From the NCBI GenBank assembly GCA_004431415.1, contig QPMI01000503.1, forward strand, positions 244,163-308,162: a DNA stretch of 64,000 nucleotides, in the 5' to 3' direction. The notes beneath the pieces are model-generated. The model ran no database searches, was not told where the DNA came from, and was given only the letters and a program-made list of their open reading frames with translations. The DNA comes from Cyanophora paradoxa CCMP329 (taxonomy: Eukaryota > Plantae > Glaucophyta). Positions 48,301 through 59,199 of this stretch are shown here, in pieces. The stretch's first letter is position 1, and the number at the start of each line of letters is the position of its first letter. The translations under genes were made by a program, and so were the position numbers.

Positions 48301-49074
48301 TGGCGATTGTAGTGACAGAGCTGAGGGAAGTTGGGTAGCTCCAGAAAGTCGTAGACCCAGACGCTGAGCAATAGATGAGCCCCGACGGGTTCTGGCGCCG
48401 AATTCAGAAAGTTGCTCTCATGCAAGAGTGTGCCAACAAAGAAAACCAATGTACCCCGTCCCAGGCACAGGCGTGGCCATCTTGACTTTGAACTGGGGCA
48501 GACACCGACGCGGTCGACCAGGTGGTTGTATCTGGCGCCTTGTGAGCTCTATCGGCAAAGTACTACTGCAGGCTGCTGGAGTCCGCACCGAGGTCTAGAA
48601 AAACAACGCTCGACCCGGCGCCCTCGCCACCGCTGAGGAGGAGTCTCCAGCCGCTGGAGGGGGTCCGAAACAGAACGGCGCCCGTCCTGCCGCGCCAGGA
48701 AGTCGGGGCAGCCGAGAGAAGGTTCGTCGTGATGTTCACTGCGCGCGGACCGGAGACGGCGGTCAGTCTATGGCTTACTAATAGGCTACACTATGATAGC
48801 TAGGGGAATTCAAACAGGGCTCGCGAGCGCCTTCTATATATTATAGAAATTAGGGGGGCCTATAGCGACGGCGGGGCAAGGATTTATATATAGGTAGATG
48901 TATATTTAAATGTAGAGGGACTTCAGTGGCTAGAGGCGCACGCGAAGAGGCTCCATCGACGCAGCTGATGCATATGGCGGCAAGCTGCGCGCAGACAAGA
49001 ACGATGCAGAGGGTTTTGCCGGCTTCGCAGAAACGGCTCGCGGGGGACGCTTGTTGCAACTGGAGCTTCTTCAT
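36368..49074 (-). CDS. Very large multi-exon secreted/cell-surface protein: signal peptide, LamG-like domains, ~15 fibronectin type III repeats, Kelch-like motifs, Ser/Pro/Thr stalk
   Basis: MKKLQ..TLCIVLVCAQLAAICISCVDG (signal); PQDRWQHCAFTID, GGWTVEFWLN, EFRVWSRERSPEEI (LamG-like); repeated GFNGGAWITR..C..W..LQPNTTYxCxAxVxNxxGxS (FN3) in ORFs 46724-47200, 44355-45554, 42282-44285 and 39276-40847; LPSMPTPRHSHCTTVFNGSIWV (Kelch-like); (SP/TP)n at 37420-37830. All parts are on one strand and joined by GT-AG introns, but this could be two genes. Confidence 0.72.
36430..36727. repeat. Exact tandem duplication, 2 x 149 bp
   Basis: tgccggagcgctcggccgcc...gcctgcagat at 36430-36578 and 36579-36727. 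Confidence 0.92.
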
Positions 49075-49948
49075 ATTTGCAGGTCGCGGTCGTCGCCTGC
49101 GGCGCGCGGAAGCCGCCACTGCAACGTAATTCAAATCCGCGGACCGCTAATTACAATGCGGCTGCAGCTGTAGCTGCGTGTACATGTGGGAGCAAAGCTG
49201 ATTTTCTTTTAAAGCTGATATCGATGCACGGGCCGGCATATACACGCTTTGCCGTGCAGCTCTTCCCGATTGCGCGAGTGCCGGTCGGCCGCGGGGCGCC
49301 GCGCTGCTTGAATCCAGAATCCGCGCACTGCCCGCGCCGCGGCCGCGCCGGCTGCAGGCTGCAGCTGCCGGTGCCGCCTGCCAGGCTGCCCCGGCCAACT
49401 GAGTCGCCGCGTCGACGCCGGCGCGAACCCGCGGCCGCCGGCCGGCGCCGGCCCGCTCTGGCCCCGGCCCGCAGCGCTAGCGGCGCAGCCTCAACCCTCG
49501 AGCTCGCGCGCAGGCCGCAAGCCGCAGCCTAGGCCTAGCGCTAGCTATAGGCTGGCCAAGGCTGCAGCCGAGTCTGATTATCGATATCTCCGATGATCGC
49601 GCGTCGCGCGATCGGCGATCGGCGCGCGCGCCGCGCGCCGCGCGACTCGGCGAGTCTCGCAGATGAAGCCTAGGCCTAGTAGATCAGGTCCGGTGCGGAC
49701 CGTGCGGGCCCGTGCGGCCCGCCGCACAGCCTAGAAAGCTATCGCTACCGTATAAGTATACGTACGGTCCGCAGCCGGTGTGACCGTAGCTATATAGGCT
49801 ACGGTCCCCTGCCAGGCTGCCCCGGCCCCCGAGCTTTGCCGATCGCACCGTCGCGGCACCGATGCGAGGGAAGCCTGCGAAGGTTGTTCACTGCTTCAAA
49901 GTTCAAAGGCTTGTGCCGCGCGCAGTGTGACGAACGCGAGGTCCGCAC

Positions 49949-50478
49949 TAGGGCTGGGCCGGTGGCGGCCGGTGGCAGTGGCAACCTCCCACCGACCGAC
50001 CGGGTGGAAAATCTGGCCCACCGCCATACAACGCCCGGTACCATACAAATTAAAATTCTAGGGGGGTAGGCTCGCAAAAATGTCATATTCTCGCGCGCGA
50101 AAGTTTCATATTCCGTACTCACCCAGCAAAGTGCTGCTTAGTTCATCTTCCTCCGCTCCTGCCTTGCAATCGTGAATGACGTCGGAGCCCAAGGAAGCTG
50201 ACGTCGACGCCATCGATATCGATATCCCGTACCCCGCCTGAGCACCAACCACCCCGGCCTCCCCCACAACTGGCTTGAACCCGCCCCAAAGCACTCGCTT
50301 TATAATAATTTAGATAGTAGGCGCTTAGCGCCTTGAAGCTGTGCAGAATTTAGCGTATTTCCTGTCAATTTTCACGCACTGTAGCACGTACCCCCACCTC
50401 CACCGACCGCCACCGGTGGGTAACAGTCAGCGGGCCCACCGACCCGGTGGGGGAAAACTCGGACTGTGCCCAGCCCTA
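49949..50478. mobile_element. Non-autonomous hAT-superfamily element (MITE), 530 bp
   Basis: 11-bp TIR TAGGGCTGGGC...GCCCAGCCCTA, perfect 8-bp TSD GTCCGCAC (49941-49948 and 50479-50486), and subterminal ccaccgac/ccggtgg repeats. Confidence 0.92.
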
Positions 50479-50994
50479 GTCCGCACTGACTCCGCAGTAC
50501 TACGGTACTCCGTAGTAGTAGAGTCGGTACTACGGTAGGACCGTCGGACTCGGTACTACCGCAGTCTACCGGTATATACTTAGTCAGCCTCTGGTCTCAA
50601 TTCTGACCGAAGGGAAGAAGAGACCAGAGGCTCTAGTATCCACTTTTGATCCACAAATCGAGGTTCCTCTCGAGGTTTTGGGTATTAGGTATGCTATGGA
50701 TCGCTGTTAAAGATTCCGTGATGTCATTATGATGTCATTATGACAATGACCTATTGTTAAAAGATTCGGAGATGTCACTATGACGATCAATAGGTGTTAA
50801 TAGATTCTGTCAGCTGACTGTGGTAGGGTACGGTGATATTGTGAAGTTCTGCAGCCTCTTACTGGGCTTGGTGGTGAACAGGCGGCATCGCTGGCCGGCG
50901 GTCGCGATCGTTCGCGATCGCGCATCGGGTTCATTAGAAATACGTATCCCACATTGCCGTCCGCCACATACCCCTCTGCGCTTGTCATCTTGCA

Positions 50995-53900
50995 GCTGAG
51001 GTGCTCTGCCGCTTCAACTGTTGCGCGCGTGTCGCCGACGCTTGCCATCGCTTTCCCGGTATCGATGGCATCGTCGGAACGGCCGGCAAGTCGGGAAGTG
51101 CCGGCAGTTCCCGTGCTGTGTGGGTGCCGGCCCGGGGCTGGCGTTCAATGCGCCCCTTGCGTGGGCCGCATCCTGCAGCAGACGTTCCCGAAGGCGCCGC
51201 TACACCCGTCGATGACCTCGTTGCCGGGCTGTATCGGAGCGCGGTTCGTCCTGTCAGTGTTTTGCGCCGTCGTACGCGCGCGTTTCCTCCGTAATCGTAT
51301 ACGTATTTCGTGCCGCAGTTAGTGCTCGCACGCGATGATCAGAGCCGCGTCGTTGAGTGGCCAGTGGCCGACTCTGCGCTCCTCTTACTGTGCCACGCCG
51401 TCACTTGTATCTCTGCCCTTTCAGCGGAGGATCGGGCGAAAGTCATCGCTTTGGCTGCCGCGGACCAGGTGCATTCCGCCCGTTCGTCTCTCTTTGGAGA
51501 TGGCACGGCCTGATCGAGAGCGTGGTTACTGATTTGCAGCGGATTTCTAGGATGCTCACCGCCGCTAACATCGATCTCGCGAATATCGATGTCGACGAAA
51601 TGGGGCAGAGATATGAGGTGTGCATGTACGATTGCCTTTTCATAGATCTGCGGCCAGCCATATCATGATACCTGCCTCTCTGATGTCACAGAGCGAGTTG
51701 ACGGAGTTTGCAAGTGCTGATTCCGCCGCCCGGATGGCCCTTGATCCTGGTCAAATCTATGAACATTGCCAGTTTCTGGCTGAGGTCCAGCTAACGCGGT
51801 ACAACTTCAAGAGCGCGGGGAATGTCGCACTGGTGGGTTTTTTGTGCCTGTTATTTGCGCATTCGTCCCCCTCGTTCTCTGTTGATCGCCTGAACCTTGC
51901 AGGTTGGCATGTCCTTTCAGCAGACGATCCTCAAGCTGAATTCAAGCATTCCGTCGTACCCCGTTCTTCATTATACCCTGGCGCTGTCCGGCTGGAGCAG
52001 GGGATATCTCCGGTGCTACGTATTGGGCTGAGGCGCGGGGAAGCTGCTTGCTCTGTCTTTCGCGTGGCGCGTTACTAGTTGCTGACTTAGAGCGTGCAGG
52101 CCGCATTCAAGCTTATCAGGGACACCGACGCGACCGAAAGCAAGCGCTGCTGTGTATGGGATCACTTGTTCATTAAGGTAGAGTGCCTGATCCGGCGACT
52201 GGCACTTTTGTCTGATGAGGTTCTCCGCTATTGCGAGGTTAGTAACCTCTCTATTCGCTATCTAGAATATGCATTCCCTCCCTAGGATATGCATTGTTGA
52301 TTAACCGGCAGCTGCTGTGGTGGATCTCTGAGCGGTGTTGCGGGTCCTGCCTACTGTCGCAATACCGTCTCGAGCGAGCTGCTTCCACTCTTGGCACTAT
52401 GTTCATGTGGGTGGACCGGTCGAGCGACGCAAGCAACGTCTACCAAGTTAGTGTGGCTCACGTGCATTGCTTTCGCTTCTTCTTTGACACGGGCTGATTT
52501 GCAGAAATTCGTGATGCTCACCGAGGAGAAAATCGGCAAGCATACTGTGCACTATGTAAGGGCACTCATGCATGGTGCTGCTTTCAACGAGAAGGTTCTC
52601 AAGCGCATCGACAGAGCCCAGTCGCTTACCAAGGTGCATAATTGCCTTGGCTGATGTAGTCGGGGCGTGCAATGTGGCTGTAATTGAACTCGTGCAGATA
52701 GCGATACTGATCGCAGCGACGTCGACCGGAACCTGTTAACCTTCCGCGAGAACGGACGGGTGTGTCACGGCGCTCTCGCGATAATAACGTGCCTCGTTCG
52801 CTGATGTTGCCTTGCCATGGATATTCTCACTGTGTCTATCTGGTAGATTGCGCGACTCTACGTGAACCTTTCGGATTACAATCTTCTACCGGTCGAACAA
52901 GTTCGTCGCCGTCAGGGCAGTGCCCCCTGTATAGGTCATACATAGGGTTCAGGAGTGCATCGACTGTCCTCTTTCTTCCCCACTTCCCTGAACTGGGCTT
53001 GTTTTTATATGCTGTCCATTGAATGGACGTGATTGAGCGTCTGTATGTGCTCGTGTACAGCAGTTCGCTGAATTTAGGGACTTTTGCATCCAGTGACGTT
53101 AGCTGGTTGCCTCTGGTTCGCCCTCCGGGTCCCTGCCTCGTTGTTCGAGTGCCTACTGTGCTTTCCGCGTCCCGCCTCGCGTTCGATGGTGGTGCCGCTA
53201 TCCTGCTTCCATCCGGGCAATGAACGGTCGTTTGTCTCGTGCGGCATCTACGGCATGCAGACACGCTGAATGCTGCAATGAGCTCACGCGTATACGTATG
53301 TATACGCGAATGCGGGGAACCGACTTGATTATCTGTGTACCCGGCACTTCGTTCACCGGCCCTCCTTGTCACTGTTCGGCGCTCGTTGTCCGTTTTTGAG
53401 CCGCTGCTGGTTGATGCGATCGGGCGGGCGCTTCTTCACCATCTGCCGTATTGTCCCTGCCGTGTGATGCCTCCAAGAGAAGGTGTGTAACCGTAGCGGT
53501 TTCAAGCACTTTCGTCAAAGTGATCTGATCGCCGAGCCGTAGCTCATCTGTTTTGAACTCGGCCGGACGCGAGGCTGCCGTCTCTGTTCCGGCTGAGGGC
53601 TACGGGGCAACTGACGAGCATGTTGACGTGTGTCCCTTTTTGCGTCTGCGCTGGGTGTCTTTATTCTTGACGCACGTTTGCCTAGGGGATGGAGAATGCG
53701 CGTGGAACTCCAATTGGGAAGCGCGGCAAGGGAATCAAGCGCGGCAGAGGACGATCAGCCGGCCGCATTCAGAACAGACAGTCCCATCCTCCAAGGATTG
53801 GCTAACGGTGAAAGCGTAATGATTGCGTTGGTTATGGTTTTTCTAGCTTCGTGTGCTGACATGAGACGCGCAGGACGTTCACGTTGCATGCACGACATCT

Positions 53901-54480
53901 GGGGCTCTCAAGTCCAAGAAGTACAATCACTTGCTTCAGCGCGTGATGCTCGCGTACCCGATGCACGAGCAGCTGCTCCTGCAGTCTCTACGCAGCCTGA
54001 GTACTCCAGATAGAGCGGCGAACCTTATGTTGAATGGTGGTAGTGCTGTGTGCTTTTCGTGTCCTGTTACTACAGGGACAACGTTGATCCCGCGGATTTG
54101 GAGAGCATTTTTGCCTGATGTCCGTAATGAAGGAGTTGAAGCAAATTCGCTGGTTCGATTCGAAAGGAGACGGCATGCCGGAAGAGCTAGAGGTAGAGCT
54201 ACATCGTCTTTTCCCAGATTATATCTGCACTCTTGCAGTTCCACCTGGCTTCAAGCTGCAGACTGGAGTGATTAATTGCGGCGATTGGGTTTGTGTCTGC
54301 TTCGAAGCTACTTTGGAGGAGCTTGATATTGGCATGAGCTCGCCTGTCTGGCCTGCTGCAGTCGATTGGATTGCCCTCGATATTGCGAACTTCAGCGTTG
54401 AGGAGATGACGAAGGTCATGACGATATCAAGATCGAACCACACTTTATTTCGCGCAAACGCAAGACTTCCATCGCTCTGA
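50995..54480 (+). pseudogene. Lower-GC multi-exon gene, probably transposon-borne or degenerate, ending in a Ulp1/C48-like peptidase domain
   Basis: Series of GT-AG bounded exons (LVLARDDQSRVVEWP.., SELTEFASADSAARMALDPG.., KFVMLTEEKIGKHTVHYVRALMHG..). The final exon GEHFCLMSVMKELKQIRWFDSKG..KLQTGVINCGDWV has the H..DS..Q....CG catalytic pattern. An in-frame TGA lies just upstream (~54084). Confidence 0.55.
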
Positions 54481-56128
54481 TGGAGGAGCAAGTTATGAAG
54501 TCCACGGACCAAGTCCTGCGTTGGACTTTTCTGCATGTTCGTCCTGCCTATAGCGGTATATGTCTACTTTCCTGTTATCCCTTGGATGATGTTTTCATTG
54601 CGGCAGGTGTGATGCCCTCCACTATTTTTTCGTCGGACTAAACTTCTGGAAGCTTAAGGTCTGTGGCTGCATGACTGCCAGCGCCGCGGCGCTGCTCTCA
54701 CTTCTGAGAAGCCAGCTAGTATTACACTTGTATTCGTACAATTTAGTTTGTCGGCCGCGGGGCGGGGCGTGGCGGGCGGGCGGGCGGGCGGGTCAGGGCG
54801 GCCACGGGGCAGGCGGACGCTGGTGGGGCGGGGCGGCCGCTGGCGGGCCTGTGGGGTGGCCGGTGCGGATAGTCCCGGCCGTCCGGTCCAGCCGCGAAAG
54901 CGCCTCGAGTTGGGTTGCCTGCGCTCACCTAGTCGCGCGGGCGCGGCGTCGAAGGGCGGGGAGGTGCGCACGAAGCGAGAGATGAGCCGCCGCTATGCCC
55001 GGCCGCCGCCGGCGCGAGGACGCTGCGAGTTCACCTCCCTGTGCCCGCCCCGTCGCGCGAGGCGTGGACGCGGAGAGCACAGTATGCACCCGCTGCGTCC
55101 GGGCCGCGCCCGCCGCGAAGGCGCCGCGACTCGGTGAGCGAGCTACCTGCGCCGTCCGGTCGCACAGGGCGCGGCGTGGAAGGGCGGGGAGGGCCGCACC
55201 AAGCGAGACATGGGCCGCCGCTGCACCCCGGCCGCCACGGCCCTGACGCGAATTGAAGGCGCCGCGAGTTGGGTCGCCTGCGTTCACCTCGTCGCGCGGG
55301 GCGCGGCGCTGAAGGTCGGGGAGGCGCGCACTAAGCAAGAGATGGGCCGCCGCTGCGTTCCGGCCGCCCCCGCCGCGCGGGCGTCGTGAGTCGAGACCCC
55401 TGCACCCGCCCCGTCGCGCGAGGCGCGGCGCCGAAGTGCTTGGAGGCCCGCACCAAGTAAGAGATGGTCCGCCGCTAGCACTGCGCCCTGCGAGGCGGGT
55501 CGACTGCGCTCGGCTTGTCGCGCGGGGCGCGGCGGTGAATGGCGGGGAGGCGCGCACGAAGCTATAGATGGGCCGCCGCTGCGTCCCGGTCGCCCCCGCC
55601 GCGAAGGCACCGCGAGTAGAGCTACCTGCGCCCGCTCCGTCGCGCAGGGCGCGGCTGGGAAGGGCGGGGAGGTTCGCACCAAGCGAGACATGGCCCGCCG
55701 CTGCACCCCGGGCGCCCCGGCCTGGCGCGAAGGCGCTGCGGGTCGGGTCGCCTGCCCTCACCTCGTCGCGCGGGGCGCGGCGCTTAAGGGCGGGAGGCGC
55801 GCACCAAGCGAGAGATGGTCCGCCGCTGCGTTCCGGCCACCCATGCCGCGCGGGCGTCTTGAGTCGAGATCCATGCGCCCGCTCCGTCGCGCGAGCGCGG
55901 CGCCGCAGTGCGGGGAGGCCCGCACCAAGTAAGAGATGGGCTGCCGCTGCGCCCTGCGAGTGGGTTGCCTGCGCTCTGCTTGTCGCGCGGGGCGCGGTGG
56001 CGAAGGTTGGGAGGCGCGCACCATGCGAGAGATGACCCGCCGCTGCGCTCCAGGCGGCTTACTATATTCTAGTCCATGTCCTAGCTAACGAACTTCGTAC
56101 CGTGGACTGAAAGCAAGATGGCGAATAA

Positions 56129-56197
56129 GACCACTCCCTGGATTCGAACCAGGGTCTATGCGATGTGAGCAGCCGTTCCGGACGGCTGGTCTAGATC
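56129..56197 (-). other. tRNA-derived (Pol III A/B-box) head, copy 1; not a complete tRNA
   Basis: Minus strand reads TAGACCAGCCG..tgc-tcaca-tcgcatagac-CCTGGTTCGAATCCAGGG. The T-arm/B-box is perfect and tRNA-like spacing to an A-box-like motif is kept, but the acceptor stem is broken. Confidence 0.55.
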
Positions 56198-57880
56198 TTC
56201 GGGTACCGAATATCCAAGCTTCCGCCCGAACCATTTGGCCGTTGTCGCCGGTCATTTCTCTTCGGGCGGCCTACGTAGTCCATGTCCTAGGTAATGAACT
56301 GGTAGTTATTTATCCTCTGCTAAACAATCAACGTGTGCGCCCGCAAGGAATCTATGTATCTATCTAGACCGCCGCCAGGGCTGTGGCCCCGCTGCCGTGC
56401 TTGCAGCTGCGAACTTCAGGGCTTGGCCTCTGCTTGCAGCTGCGGACTTGGCCTCTGTGACCGCCGCCGACGCACTCTAGCTTGGGATTTTTGTTCTCAA
56501 TTGCTATCCTCCGGCCGTCCCGGTCCAGTCGCGAAGGCGCCTCGAGTTGGGTTGCCTGCGCTCACCTAGTCGCACGGGGCGCTGCGTCGAAGGGCGGGTA
56601 GGTGCGCACGAAGCGAGAGATGATCCGCCGCTATGTCCGGCCGCCGCCGCCGCGAGGACGCTGCGAGTTCACCTCCCTGCGCCCGCCCCGTCGCGCGAGG
56701 CACGGACGCGGAGAGCACAGTAGGCACCCGCTGCGTCCGGCCGCGCCGCCGCGAAGGCGCCGCGAGGCGAGCGACCTGCGCCGTCCGGTCGCACGGGGCG
56801 CGGAGGGAAGGGCGGGAGGAACGCACCAAGCGAGACATGGGCCGCCGCTGCACCCCGGCCGCCACGGCCCTGACGCGAAGGCGCCGCGAGTTGGGTCGCC
56901 TGCGTTCACCTTGTCGCGCGGGGCGCGGCGCTGAAGGTCGGGAGGCGCGCACCAAGCAAGAGATGGGCCGCCGCTGCGTTCCGGCCGCCTCCGCCGCGCG
57001 GGCGTCGTGAGTCGAGACCCCTGCGTCCGCCCCGTCGCGCGAGGCGCGGTGTCGAAGTGCGGGGAGGCGGGCACCAAGCGAGAGATGTGCCGCCGCTGCG
57101 TTCCGGCCGCCGCCGCCGCGCGGGCGTCGTGAGTCGAGATCCCTGCGCCCGCCCCGTCGCGAGGCGCGGCGCTGAAGGTCGGGAGGCGCGCACCAAGCAA
57201 GAGATGGGCCGCCGCTGCGTTCCGGCCGCCCCCGCCGCGCGGGCGTCGTGAGTCGAGACCCTGCACCCGCCCGTCGCGCGAGGCGCGGCGCCGAAGTGCT
57301 TGGAGGCCCGCACCAAGTAAGAGATGGTCCGCCGCTAGCACTGCGCCCTGCGAGGCGGGTCGACTGCGCTCGGCTTGTCGCGCGGGGCGCGGCGGTGAAT
57401 GGCGGGAGGCGCGCACGAAGCTATAGATGGGCCGCCGCTGCGTCCCGGTCGCCCCCGCCGTTAAGGCGCCGCGAGTAGAGCTACCTGCGCCCGCCCCGTC
57501 GCGCAGGGCGCGGCGGGGAAGGGCGGGGAGGTTCGCACCAAGCGAGACATGGCCCGCCGCTGCACCCCGGCGCCCCGGCCTGGCGCGAAGGCGCTGCGAG
57601 TCGGGCCCTCACCTGTCGTGCGGGCGCGGCGCTGAAGGGCGGGGAGGCGCGCACCAAGCGAGAGATGGGTCGCCGCTGCGTTCCGGCCGCCTCCGCCGCG
57701 CGGGCGTCGCGAGTCGAGATCCTGTGCCCGCCCGTCGCGCGAGGCGCGGTGGCGAAGGGTGGGGAGGCGCGCACCAAGCGAGAGATGACCCGCCGCTGCG
57801 CCCGGGCGGCTTACTATATTCTAGTCCATGTCCTAGCTAACGAATTTTGTACCGTGGACTGAAAGCAAGATGGCGAATAA

Positions 57881-57950
57881 GACTCACTCTGTGGATTCGA
57901 ACCAGGGTCTATGCGATGTGAGCAGCCGTCCGGGACGGCTGGTCTAGATC
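57881..57950 (-). other. tRNA-derived head, copy 2 (more degenerate)
   Basis: Plus strand gtggattcgaaccagggtctatgcgatgtgagcagccgtccgggacggctggtctagatc, homologous to copy 1. Confidence 0.5.
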
Positions 57951-59199
57951 TACGGGTACTGCATATTGACGGGCCCGGCCTGCCGTCAGCTGGTCGTTGA
58001 TATTGACGCGGCCGCGCAGTTGCTCGGCCACAGGTACGGTCCGCGCTTTTATGTCATCGTGAGAGCCTCATGGCTGAGCTTCCGAAGGAATGTGTCGGGT
58101 GGATGGTGCTAGGGATCCATGCCGGTGCGACAAGAATGAGCGATGAGCTCATTGTTCATCTGGACCGCGGTTTACCGTGCGTTCCTTCCTCCGCGCATGG
58201 CCATGGGTTGTGCTTGTCTTTCTAACATGGAGTGCTTTCTTCTTCCGCGCGAAGCTATTGTGAGCGGACTACGATGGCATGGCGATTACAGGTTGACCGC
58301 GTCGACGTCCCGTCGTGGGTGTCGCCCTCACGGGCAACGACAGATGGATGACACGCGGGGTCGTCGCATCCTAGTTATAGTCTACGGCGAACACGGCTCA
58401 AGAATGAGTGCCACCGTGCGCCCCGTTTTCTGCGCATGTGCAGTGTTGATTCCGCTAACATCGGTCGCCCAAGGTTTAGGCTGCTGCCTCGCATGTTCCT
58501 GATCGCAGGTTCCAGTGCCTTCAAGCGTCTTGTCTTTAAGCGTCTACCGTCGCTGCTGCCGCCTTCAAGCGATCGCCGCTGTCTTCAAGCGTCGCACCTT
58601 CCCCGCCTCCTTCGAGCGTCTCGCGTTGTGCTGCCCTTCCCGCGCCTCCGCCTTCCGCGTGGGGCCGCGGCGGTGGCATGAGGGTGTGCCGACGGCCGCC
58701 TGCTCATGTTGTCGAAGTGAGTCGAATGTTGTGTGATGTGCATGTTGTATTCTGTCACAGTGTTGCTATTTTGTGGCATGTCTTATCTGTGTGGATGCCC
58801 GCGCGCGCCCTGCATTGCCCACATGGGAGCTGGAAAATCACGGTGGCCGTGTGATTGGGGCAGCATGTGCGAGGCGCCGGAAGGCGGGTGGGCGGGGCGC
58901 CGGCGGGTTCCGCGAGCATGGCATTGAGGGCGGCCGGGGCGAGCTGATGACGTGCCTCTCAATGCGGAGGACGCTGTCCTCTGTCCCCGGGGACCGCAGC
59001 TACAGCGGTCTGCCGGGCGGGAGCCGGAATGCGTGGAAGGGGCGCAGGGGGCCGTAGGGTGGCGTTGGCGAGCCGATGACGTCTCCTTCGTCGTGTAGCA
59101 CGCCGTCCTCGCCCTCCCTTGGACTGCTCTGCGGGAGCATGTTGAGCGGGCGGGCGATGGGGGCCGTAATTGCTTGGCGCTGAAGGGTGGCGACGTCGG

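Larger units (their letters stand above)
54875..57959 (-). repeat. Tandem array of ~115-120 bp GC-rich units arranged as two direct higher-order copies (54875-56206 and 56511-57959)
   Basis: The unit core gcgcaccaagcgagagatgggccgccgctgcg recurs throughout. Both blocks start ccggccgtcc(c)ggtccag and end ..ggctggtctagatc..cgggtac. Confidence 0.9.

Noticed and set aside
48590-48900. Helitron in the long first intron of the FN3 gene (minus strand A|TCTACCTATATATAAA..CTAG)
   Set aside because: The CTAG is not followed by T and the 3' hairpin is weak, which is insufficient without genomic copies.
56070-56135. HDV-like ribozyme (gtccatg/cgtggac stem and ggcgaat)
   Set aside because: No convincing P2, L3 or P1.1 elements.
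56129-56197. Functional tRNA gene
   Set aside because: Only the T-arm is canonical. The acceptor and anticodon stems do not pair properly.
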